In this document: piece by piece, positions 9,002 through 16,819 of the stretch | Layout of the letters: each line of letters begins with the position of its first letter | Numbering within the stretch: the first letter of the stretch is position 1 | The notes under the pieces: generated by a model | Database searches by the model: none | Told to the model about the DNA's origin: nothing | The model's input: the letters and a program-made list of their open reading frames with translations, nothing else | DNA from: Limnochordia bacterium | Lineage (GTDB): Bacteria > Bacillota > Limnochordia > DTU080 | Reading direction: 5' to 3' | DNA length: 64,000 bases | Assembly: GCA_050951545.1 (NCBI GenBank) | Contig: JBMNJG010000013.1 | Coordinates: forward strand, 32,001 to 96,000 | Translations under genes and position numbers: made by a program

Positions 9002-9532
9002 ATGACTAGTCGCGATCTGCTTGACTTCCTGGTTCAGCGGACAGCAAAGGCGAAGCCTGAAGCTCATCGGATTCTTTCGCAACACGAGCGTTCTGCATCA
9101 CGTGTAGTCATCCGCGAGGGCTTGCTACGTCGCTTGTCTGGTTTACCCATCGACGTTCAGGACCGTTACTCCGAAGCCGTGAGTTGCCTTGAAAGGGGCC
9201 TTCGCCGTGGGGCAATCGTCATGGCATGGGCAGGGCACTTCCATGTGTATGGAGGAGCTGCCTCCAAACCCATGAGAAATGGGGTTCGGGTGGCCAGGCC
9301 GAAGTGGTTTTTCCGTGATGCGACAGACAAGGAGAACGTGGTTGAAGCACAGATCCTGGATGTCGGCAAGGACGTGGGCTTCATCGGGAAACCCCGCCTG
9401 AAGGTGCTCCAAGGACGATTGGCTACTCGGAACCAGTGCGCTCGCTCAATTTCCCAGTGTCAGTCAATGAACACCGCAATCGGGCATATTTACGATATGC
9501 TTCGTCAGACGATCAGCTATTTCTCGCCCTAA
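9002..9532 (+). CDS. HEPN-like protein (possibly inactivated), probable gene cassette
   Basis: 'EAVSCLERGLRRGAIVMAW' plus RNQCAR (Rx4H position holds Arg instead of His); its stop TAA sits inside CCCTAAC. Confidence 0.55.
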   Translation: MTSRDLLDFLVQRTAKAKPEAHRILSQHERSASRVVIREGLLRRLSGLPIDVQDRYSEAVSCLERGLRRGAIVMAWAGHFHVYGGAASKPMRNGVRVARPKWFFRDATDKENVVEAQILDVGKDVGFIGKPRLKVLQGRLATRNQCARSISQCQSMNTAIGHIYDMLRQTISYFSP

Positions 9533-9556
9533 CGGGCGTACCAGCGGGCGCTAGGC
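9527..9556 (+). other. Collapsed attC remnant
   Basis: CCCTAAC-gggcgt-ACCAGCG followed almost at once by GCTAGGC; the central part is missing. Confidence 0.45.
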
Positions 9557-9786
9557 GGGGTGAGAGACTGCGGGGCTACAACCGAGAGACCTTCTCTCAG
9601 ATGCTTGCCTCAGAGGGGATTGCGAAACCCCGGATGACCGAGATGAACCGCCCCCAGGTGTTTGCATGGAGGTTGCGCTCTGCGCGAGGGCGAGTGCGAG
9701 CGGGAAAATCGCACGCCGGCGACTGTGCGGGGGGCGCCGGGCAACCGACGTTCCTACCGCGGGGAAGGACCAAAAGGAGCGAAACG

Positions 9787-10659
9787 GTGAACAAGAATCC
9801 GTCACTCGAAGGACCTCAGTTCGTCCAGTTCTTTGGACCTGTTCTTGACGCCTTGAGGGAGCTGGGTGGCTCAGCCCGTCCCGTGGAAGTATGTACCAAG
9901 GTTGCTGCAAACCTGGAGTTGTCGGATCAGGCCCAGGAGGAGCTCTTGGATAGCGGTTCGTCGCGGTTTGCCAATCGCGTGGCGTGGGCTCGCTTTTACC
10001 TTGCTAAAGCCGGTTTCATTGACTCCTCGCGTCGCGGTGTCTGGACACTGACAGATCAAGGGCGCACGGCAGTGCTCTCACATTCTGAGTCGGTGGCCGT
10101 TTTCAGAGAGATCCACGGCCAATTTCAGACGTCTCGTCGTAACACCGAACCAGACGTGGTCGACGAGACGTCGTCTCCGGACGATGAGTCAGAGGCTTTA
10201 GATAGCTATCGTAGAGTCGTGTCACGCACGCTTCAAGAGCTACCTCCAGACGGCTTTGAACGGTTCTGTCAACGTCTTCTGCGCGAAGCTGGATTTCAAG
10301 ACGTTGCCGTTACGGGTCGCAGTGGTGATGGAGGCATCGACGGAATCGGTATGTTGCAGGTAAACGCACTAGTAAGTTTCAAGGTCTTATTTCAGTGTAA
10401 GCGGTATCAGGGTTCCGTAGGGGCCGCCCAGGTCCGTGACTTTCGCGGTGCGATGCAAGGGCGTGCAGACAAGGGTATCATCATTACTACCGGGTCTTTC
10501 ACGTCGGAGGCTCGCAAGGAAGCCGTGCGGGACGGAGTTCCCCCAATTGAGCTCGTGGACGGGGAGAAGCTCATCACCATGCTTGAGGACCTTGAGCTTG
10601 GTTTGGCGCCAATCCGAGCGTTCCGAGTCGACGATGACTTCTTTGACGATTACCGCTGA
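9787..10659 (+). CDS. mrr: Mrr-family type IV restriction endonuclease
   Basis: Mrr_N wHTH (NRVAWARFYL..AG) and Mrr_cat (DGGIDG, QCKRY, GIIITTG.FT); GTG at 9787 follows AAAGGAG. Confidence 0.9.
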   Translation: MNKNPSLEGPQFVQFFGPVLDALRELGGSARPVEVCTKVAANLELSDQAQEELLDSGSSRFANRVAWARFYLAKAGFIDSSRRGVWTLTDQGRTAVLSHSESVAVFREIHGQFQTSRRNTEPDVVDETSSPDDESEALDSYRRVVSRTLQELPPDGFERFCQRLLREAGFQDVAVTGRSGDGGIDGIGMLQVNALVSFKVLFQCKRYQGSVGAAQVRDFRGAMQGRADKGIIITTGSFTSEARKEAVRDGVPPIELVDGEKLITMLEDLELGLAPIRAFRVDDDFFDDYR

Positions 10660-10668
10660 GTTGTCGCT

Positions 10669-10758
10669 CCCTAACAAGCGTCTTCAGCGGTCGCATGGGA
10701 GGCCTGTCGGCGAATCTGGGGCACTGTGGTGCGCCGTTGACACGCAGGACCGTCAGGC
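10669..10758 (+). other. attC site (R' variant GTCAGGC)
   Basis: CCCTAAC-aagcgt-CTTCAGCG...CGTTGAC-acgcaggacc-GTCAGGC; same 6/10-nt spacer geometry as the other sites; about 10 bp after the mrr stop. Confidence 0.7.
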
Positions 10759-10934
10759 GCTCGTACACCGTATCGGCGACCTCCCGGACAACTGGCCATG
10801 GTTACGTAAGGAGGGTCTGGTAGGTTACTCCCTAGAGTACTGCAGGCAGCTATGTGGGGACCAATCGCGCCTGCGGGCATACGAGGCGAAAAAGCCGTGT
10901 TTGGGAGTAAGGCCCAATCAGTGGAGGCGACGAC

Positions 10935-12362
10935 GTGAACCACCAGATGTGTGAGGCATTCCCGCTTAGAATCACACTCGAAGAAGCTGGTTTGTCAGAG
11001 CCGCGGCTTGCTCGGTTTTTCGCAACAATCAACGAGCAGCACCTGGACTTGAACAGCCTGCTCCTGCTAAAAGGCGGGAAGCTGGCATTCGAGTATCATG
11101 CGTATCCGTACGACCCGGATACTCCCAGAGCGTCTTTCTCCGCGATCAAAGCGTTCATCGCGCTTGCTGTAGGAATCACTGTTGACAGAGGGCGTCTGGA
11201 CGTTGATGAACGCATTCTGGACATCTTCTCAGAATATCATGTCGCCAATCCCAGCACGAATTTGCAGCGGATGACTGTCAGACACCTCTTAACGTCATCG
11301 ACTGGACACGATGGTCCGGCACTGCAATGGGTCCCGGACGATTGCGACAATATTGTCACGTGGTTTCTTCAGCAGGATGTTCCGTTTCCACCGGGAGAGC
11401 GGTGCCGCTATGAAAACCCATGCTTTCTCATCCTGTCATATATCCTCATTAGGCGCAATGCATGCAGTGTGCAACAACTGCTTGAGGACGAGCTTTTCCA
11501 CAAAATAGGTATGGGGAAGGTCGGATGGATCACGCGCAGGCCCGATGACATTATTCTCGGGATTCAGGCCACCCCACGCGACTATGCGCGTATTGGTGTG
11601 TTGCTCCAGCATTACGGGTACTGGGGCGCTGAGCAAGTTGTTTCGGAACGCTGGCTGAGGGCGGCTACATCCAAACAGGTTCTCTATCCGGAAGGACGTC
11701 GGGCAAGTTGGTATGGCTATCTGCTGTGGTGTGACAATATTGGCGGCTTTTCCGCCGTGGGCGACCATGGACAGCGGATTCTCGTGCTGCCTGAACGTGA
11801 TCTGGTGATAGTCATGACAGGAACCGAACCGCAACACGGGAAGCTGTATGACGCGTTTGTCACGTTTCTCATCGACAAAGAGGAGCATGATTTGGCGAAT
11901 GGTGCCCTACTAGACGAAGTGCTGACAGCAAATCGGCCCATGTCGCACACACCAACGCTGCCGAAAACAGCTCACGACATCAGTGGTGTCGTGTACAGGT
12001 TTTCTCCGCAGGAATACTCGTCACCCTCTGAATTGCAGTTCCATTTCGATGGCTCAGATACATTCCTGCTTGACATTGGCAATGCTGAAGGGCGGCACGA
12101 TCGTCTGAGAGGGGCATTGAACGGCACATTCCATATTGGAACAGTCTCCCCCGAAAACGTCTTCGGTTTTCAGCAGAATAACTATACGGAAACCGAGGTC
12201 GCCGTACGGGGCCAGTGGACATCCGACTCGGTGTTCGAATGTGAGATTCGACCGTTGCGGTACGGGATGGCGTATCACTATGTGCTGACCGTGCATGATG
12301 GCGGTGTGCAACTCTATTGCAGAATGAACCGGCGCACAGAAACGCTGAATTCGCTAGAATAA
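10935..12362 (+). CDS. Serine hydrolase, beta-lactamase fold (class C/NylB-like)
   Basis: SAIK (SxxK), HLLT, YEN (YxN), YGYLLW. Confidence 0.85.
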   Translation: MNHQMCEAFPLRITLEEAGLSEPRLARFFATINEQHLDLNSLLLLKGGKLAFEYHAYPYDPDTPRASFSAIKAFIALAVGITVDRGRLDVDERILDIFSEYHVANPSTNLQRMTVRHLLTSSTGHDGPALQWVPDDCDNIVTWFLQQDVPFPPGERCRYENPCFLILSYILIRRNACSVQQLLEDELFHKIGMGKVGWITRRPDDIILGIQATPRDYARIGVLLQHYGYWGAEQVVSERWLRAATSKQVLYPEGRRASWYGYLLWCDNIGGFSAVGDHGQRILVLPERDLVIVMTGTEPQHGKLYDAFVTFLIDKEEHDLANGALLDEVLTANRPMSHTPTLPKTAHDISGVVYRFSPQEYSSPSELQFHFDGSDTFLLDIGNAEGRHDRLRGALNGTFHIGTVSPENVFGFQQNNYTETEVAVRGQWTSDSVFECEIRPLRYGMAYHYVLTVHDGGVQLYCRMNRRTETLNSLE

Positions 12363-12503
12363 CGTTCTCTCCAAATAGCGAACGCAACTCGCGGTCTATA
12401 GCTGGTCTCAGGCTTACTGCGCCGGTGACAGAGCGATAGGGGTGTGCGCAGACGTGTCGATTACCTGTAGCGTGTGGCTGTGCGTGTTATCTGGAACCGG
12501 ATA

Positions 12504-12641
12504 ATCGAGATAGACTCGCAAAGCCTCATCGACAGACCCGTATTGCTTGAGGTTCCTTCCGAGATCCTGCCAAGGCTTCAAGTGTCGACACAGTGATTTC
12601 GGGTTAGTTGGGGACTGCTGCGGACCTGTCTCACGGCCGCG
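12504..12641 (+). pseudogene. Degraded copy of the 5' end of the NTase cassette gene (7830..7971)
   Basis: Shared ATCGAGATAGACTCGCAAAG...GAGATCCTGCCAAGGCTTCAAG...GGGACTGCTGCGG, with indels. Confidence 0.75.
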
Positions 12642-13827
12642 CATCCATCTGTTTCAATGCCTGGATCAGGCTGCTGTAGAGGCTCATGAAACGTGACTCG
12701 TCCAGCGGCTCCACATTGTTCCAAGTGGCGCTAACTGCGAAGAACCTGCCAGACTGGCTCACCAACCATGTCGTCAGGTTGAGCACCCCGGGCTCCGAAC
12801 CGCCTTTGAATGCTATGCGTTGCCAATCGGCAGGATACGCAACACCGGGGTTGATGCTCATGAGCGGCAAATCCTGAACATGGGCCATCAGGTTTACCAA
12901 CTCGCCGACAGAGAAGAACCACTCGACATCCAAGGCCAGAGGGCCGCCGGAGAAGGCGGAGGCATCAGGCAACGGCGCCGCCTGGATGGCGGGTAGCATC
13001 TCTCTTTTGGCTTGCGCATCACTTTGACGGTAAGCGTCGAGTAGGGACTCATTCACAGGATTCTTCAGCGCAAATGCTTCTCGGGTGCTCAAAAAAGGCC
13101 GATTTACCTGGGTATACGCTTCGATGGTTTCTCGACCGACCACATCGATCAGCATGTCGGTCGCTGTGTTGTCACTCATGGATATCATCAATGACGCCAC
13201 TGTCTGAATGGTTAAGGGCGTGCCGATCGGCCAGGCTTGCAGGATGCCGGTAGGCAGGCTGACGTGCTTCTCGGATAGCCTCGCAACTGTGTCCCAGGCT
13301 AGTGCTCCGGAGTTGATCTTGTCTTTCAACGCAGCCAGAATCGCCAGCTTGAACGTGGAGCCTACCGCCAATCGAGCCTCCGGAGCGATAGCGCCCATCA
13401 CGCCAGTGTCGGAGGCGACCAGAACGCTGACTTGGCCCGGCAACTCGGAGAAGCCCGCCAGAGCCTCTTCGAGGTCGGCAACCTTAGTTTGCGGCAAGCC
13501 GAGCCAAAAGCTGGCAATCCGGGCGTTTTCATCCAACACAATCTGCGCAGGAGCAGTGCCTCGGCTGAATACCAGCGTGTACGCTGGCGCTTTTCCTTCG
13601 GCGCACACATAGTCGCCTAATGTGCCCCGATACTGCTGCACAATCACTTCAACTTGAGATACAGGCACCTGGGCAAGAAACGTTGGCGCAAACCAATTGG
13701 CGTCAATGGCGTCCGCCTCGAAAACTTGAGCCAGTCGGTCCTCAGGGGTCACGGCGGCGCCCAGGGCTTGACCGCTGCACATCAGCAATACCGTCAGCAC
13801 TGTAAGTGTGATAGTACGATAGGTCAT
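12631..13827 (-). CDS. Secreted serine hydrolase, class A beta-lactamase-like fold with an N-terminal extra domain
   Basis: Signal peptide; GSTFK (SxxK), SDNTATD, KGG. Confidence 0.85.
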   Translation of the reverse strand: MTYRTITLTVLTVLLMCSGQALGAAVTPEDRLAQVFEADAIDANWFAPTFLAQVPVSQVEVIVQQYRGTLGDYVCAEGKAPAYTLVFSRGTAPAQIVLDENARIASFWLGLPQTKVADLEEALAGFSELPGQVSVLVASDTGVMGAIAPEARLAVGSTFKLAILAALKDKINSGALAWDTVARLSEKHVSLPTGILQAWPIGTPLTIQTVASLMISMSDNTATDMLIDVVGRETIEAYTQVNRPFLSTREAFALKNPVNESLLDAYRQSDAQAKREMLPAIQAAPLPDASAFSGGPLALDVEWFFSVGELVNLMAHVQDLPLMSINPGVAYPADWQRIAFKGGSEPGVLNLTTWLVSQSGRFFAVSATWNNVEPLDESRFMSLYSSLIQALKQMDARP

Positions 13828-14264
13828 GGTTACCATCTCTCCACTCGGGTTGAGTAGTATCACTACGCATTTACATTTAGAGACACAGCCAGCGATTCCT
13901 TTGCTGTGGTGGGCTACATCCTGGCTGAGTGATCGCGCCAGCTCGGAGCAGGGAGCCATGTGTTCGCGGCTGAAGAAGACAACTGAATTGTGGTTATGTG
14001 TCAGGATTTCAACTCATCGACATGCAGCGTCAAAGCAGAGTTTGCTGCTTGAGGATCTTCAATCCACTCCCAGCTGGAAATGGCGTCTGAAGACGACGTG
14101 ACAGCTCCATGCGTTGGAGCCGCAGTTGCCCGCTGGTATAGACCGGCAAGCTTGCGTGGGAGGATGCGTCTCGTAGATCATGGGATGACTTTGAGTTTGC
14201 ATTCCCAGAGGGTGAATCGAACCGGGCAGCCCAGGTTCGAGGTAGGAGGGCGATAGATAAGCTG

Positions 14265-14900
14265 GTGGAGCAGCATTCGGGCGAATGCACTGTGGCCGCG
14301 TCTCATGGGACGCCTCTGGCCTTGATCGTGCACTCCTATGACAGTGCGTACGGAGAACGTTCTCTGGAATATGCCAGACGGCGCGCGGCAGAAGCACAGT
14401 TACCTATTGAATACCGCCGTATGGACTTCTTTACGATGGAATACGTCGACGTCTTTGATGCTGTGGTTCAAGTGTATGGCGAGCTTTGCACCTTCTCCGA
14501 TGAGAAGCGGGACACCCTGTTGCGGTTGATTCACAGGGCTTTGAGAAAGGAAGGCCAACTCATCTTTGACGTGACCACCCGAGCGCTGAGGGAGCGAACA
14601 GGACTGCGGAGTAGCTGGTATATGAGCAACGGAGGCTTCTGGCGCCCCAGCAGGCATCTGGTTCTAGAGCAAGGGTATGACTACCCGACTGCCTCGGTCT
14701 GGTTGGATCAGTTCATCGTTATCGATGACCGGAACGCCACCATCTATCGAAACTGGTTTCACGACTATTCCTTGGACGCTCTCAGCTGCGCCCTCACGCA
14801 GTCAGGATCTGTGACCAGGCATGTCTGGAATGGCCTGACGGGGAGTACGTTTGCTGAAGGTGGCGACTGGATCGCCGTCGCTGCTACAAAGTCTCCATAG
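14265..14900 (+). pseudogene. Class I SAM-dependent methyltransferase, N-terminally truncated
   Basis: RSLEYAR, FDAVVQVYG, IHRALRKEGQLIFDV; motif I (DLGCG) is absent. Confidence 0.65.
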
Positions 14901-15268
14901 CTACACTCTGGCTGTGTTCCGTCCAGGTAGTACCAGACGCCGGTCTGGCGGGCGCTTGCAGGCATGGCACCATGGGCTGAGTTGCTCAACAAGCAGAAGC
15001 ACTCGCGTCTGGAAGACGGTGTCGACGTGTCCACTAAGGCGAGGTAACTCCAACGCTAGACCACCCATTTCTCACTCCGGGCAGAAGTGCCAGGCAGCGC
15101 TGCTCATCGTAGGTGGTCTGATGAGAATGGGGTTTCTCCGCAAATCAAGCAGGGAAAGAACTCGCACGGTGGAACGAGGCCATGTGTCAGGCAGAGGCCC
15201 TGTGTGGCAACCGTTGAACGGCCACAAATCAGAGGGTCTTCAGACGCTGTCGAAAGAAGGGCAATGAG

Positions 15269-16804
15269 ATGACGAGGTGTCTCAGTTGGCGGCTGCTCTT
15301 GGCTGTTGTGCTCGTTGGTGCCCTTGGTGCCGTGGTAGCGATGGTGTCCGTTACATGGGGCGCGCAGGCGGAGCCCTTGGATAGGTCTGCTGTCGATCGA
15401 TTCGTAGCGGGACAGATGGGCAAGCATCGCATCCCTGGCGTCGTGCTGGCCGTGTTCGAGAACGGCGAGGTGACGTACACGAAAGGCTATGGTACGGCCG
15501 GGCGCGGGCAGCCGATGACGCCCGATACCCCGATGATCATCGGCTCGACGACGAAGTCGTTTACAGCCGTGGCCATTCTACAACTTGTCGAACGTAGCCT
15601 GGTTGATCTCGACGCGTCCGTGCGTACCTACCTGCCGTGGTTCCGGGTTGCTGATTCGGTCGCTTCGGCCAGTGTTACTGTTCGTCACCTGCTCAATCAC
15701 ACAAGCGGGCTCTCCGAACTCGGCTATAACCGGGTGCTGAGTCCGAATACGACGCTTGAGCAAGGGGTGCGTGATCTCCGTTTCGCTCGACTGACCGCGC
15801 CTGTGGGGACGAAGTTTCAGTACTTTAACCCCAACTACGCCACCCTGGCGCTGATCATTGAGACGGTCAGCGGGCAGTCCTATGGAGACTACGTGACTGA
15901 ACACATATTCGCCCCTCTAGGGATGACACACAGCTATGTCGGCAGAGACGACGCGCCAAGGGCTGGGTTAGCCCAAGGGCACAGCAAGCTGTTCGGTTTC
16001 CCGGTTGCCCGCAATCCGATCTTCCGCGCGTACATGGTAGGCGCAAACTACATCGTCTCCACGGCAGGCGATCTGAGCCGTCTCCTGATCGCCATCGACA
16101 ACGGTGGGCTCTACCGAGGAGCCAGAATCCTGTCCCCGGCTAGCGTGGCCCTAATGACGTCGCCCCCTGTGCAGGCCCTGAACAGCCCCTACGGAATGGG
16201 TTGGGTGGTTGGCTCACACCGCGGGGAGAGGACGGGCGGTCATGGAGGTGCGGACGAGGTGTTCACGTGCCAAGCGGTGCTGTTCGCCGATCAGCATCGC
16301 GGTTATGTCGTGTTGATGAACCAGCAGCACCTCCTCGACGGGGCCATCGCCTCCAGGCAGCTCGAGGCCGGCATGCTTGATCTGCTTCTTGCTCGACAAC
16401 CCGATGCGGGCGGCATTTCCGTGCGGTTGGTTGGTGCGGTCATCTTGGTGGTTTTCCTCGTTGCGCTGGCAACGACGTTCCGTTCTTTGGCGGGCCTGCG
16501 TGGGTGGCGAAACCAGGTCAAGACTCTCACGGCCGGGCAGATCGTATCACGAATTGTGCCACACCTGCTGATCCCGGCGCTCATTGCGTTCGTGTTGTAC
16601 CGCTACCTCGGGACACTGCTTCTGGGGGAGCCGAGAGCCTGGAATTTCCGTTGTGTGGGAGCGTACTTCATGCCAGACATTGCACTTCTGATGCTTCTGG
16701 CGATCGTACCTGACCTGTTGCAGGGCGTGTACATGGCCGCAACGGCGATAGTCGATCGCATTGTCAGACGATCGGTCCGATCGTGGTATCGGAAGATGGG
16801 ATAG
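15269..16804 (+). CDS. Membrane-anchored serine hydrolase (beta-lactamase/D-peptidase fold, signal peptide and C-terminal TM helices)
   Basis: GSTTK, HLLNHTSG, YFN, HGG; three hydrophobic C-terminal segments. Confidence 0.9.
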   Translation: MTRCLSWRLLLAVVLVGALGAVVAMVSVTWGAQAEPLDRSAVDRFVAGQMGKHRIPGVVLAVFENGEVTYTKGYGTAGRGQPMTPDTPMIIGSTTKSFTAVAILQLVERSLVDLDASVRTYLPWFRVADSVASASVTVRHLLNHTSGLSELGYNRVLSPNTTLEQGVRDLRFARLTAPVGTKFQYFNPNYATLALIIETVSGQSYGDYVTEHIFAPLGMTHSYVGRDDAPRAGLAQGHSKLFGFPVARNPIFRAYMVGANYIVSTAGDLSRLLIAIDNGGLYRGARILSPASVALMTSPPVQALNSPYGMGWVVGSHRGERTGGHGGADEVFTCQAVLFADQHRGYVVLMNQQHLLDGAIASRQLEAGMLDLLLARQPDAGGISVRLVGAVILVVFLVALATTFRSLAGLRGWRNQVKTLTAGQIVSRIVPHLLIPALIAFVLYRYLGTLLLGEPRAWNFRCVGAYFMPDIALLMLLAIVPDLLQGVYMAATAIVDRIVRRSVRSWYRKMG

Positions 16805-16819
16805 GAGGGTCACCTAGCC

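Noticed and set aside
9436-9786. 117-aa N-terminal extension of Mrr in the ORF track
   Set aside because: It runs across the previous gene and an attC remnant; a good RBS and GTG lie at 9787. Similar over-extensions were trimmed for yqeK, Crp, GH127, DUF1848 and the SBPs.
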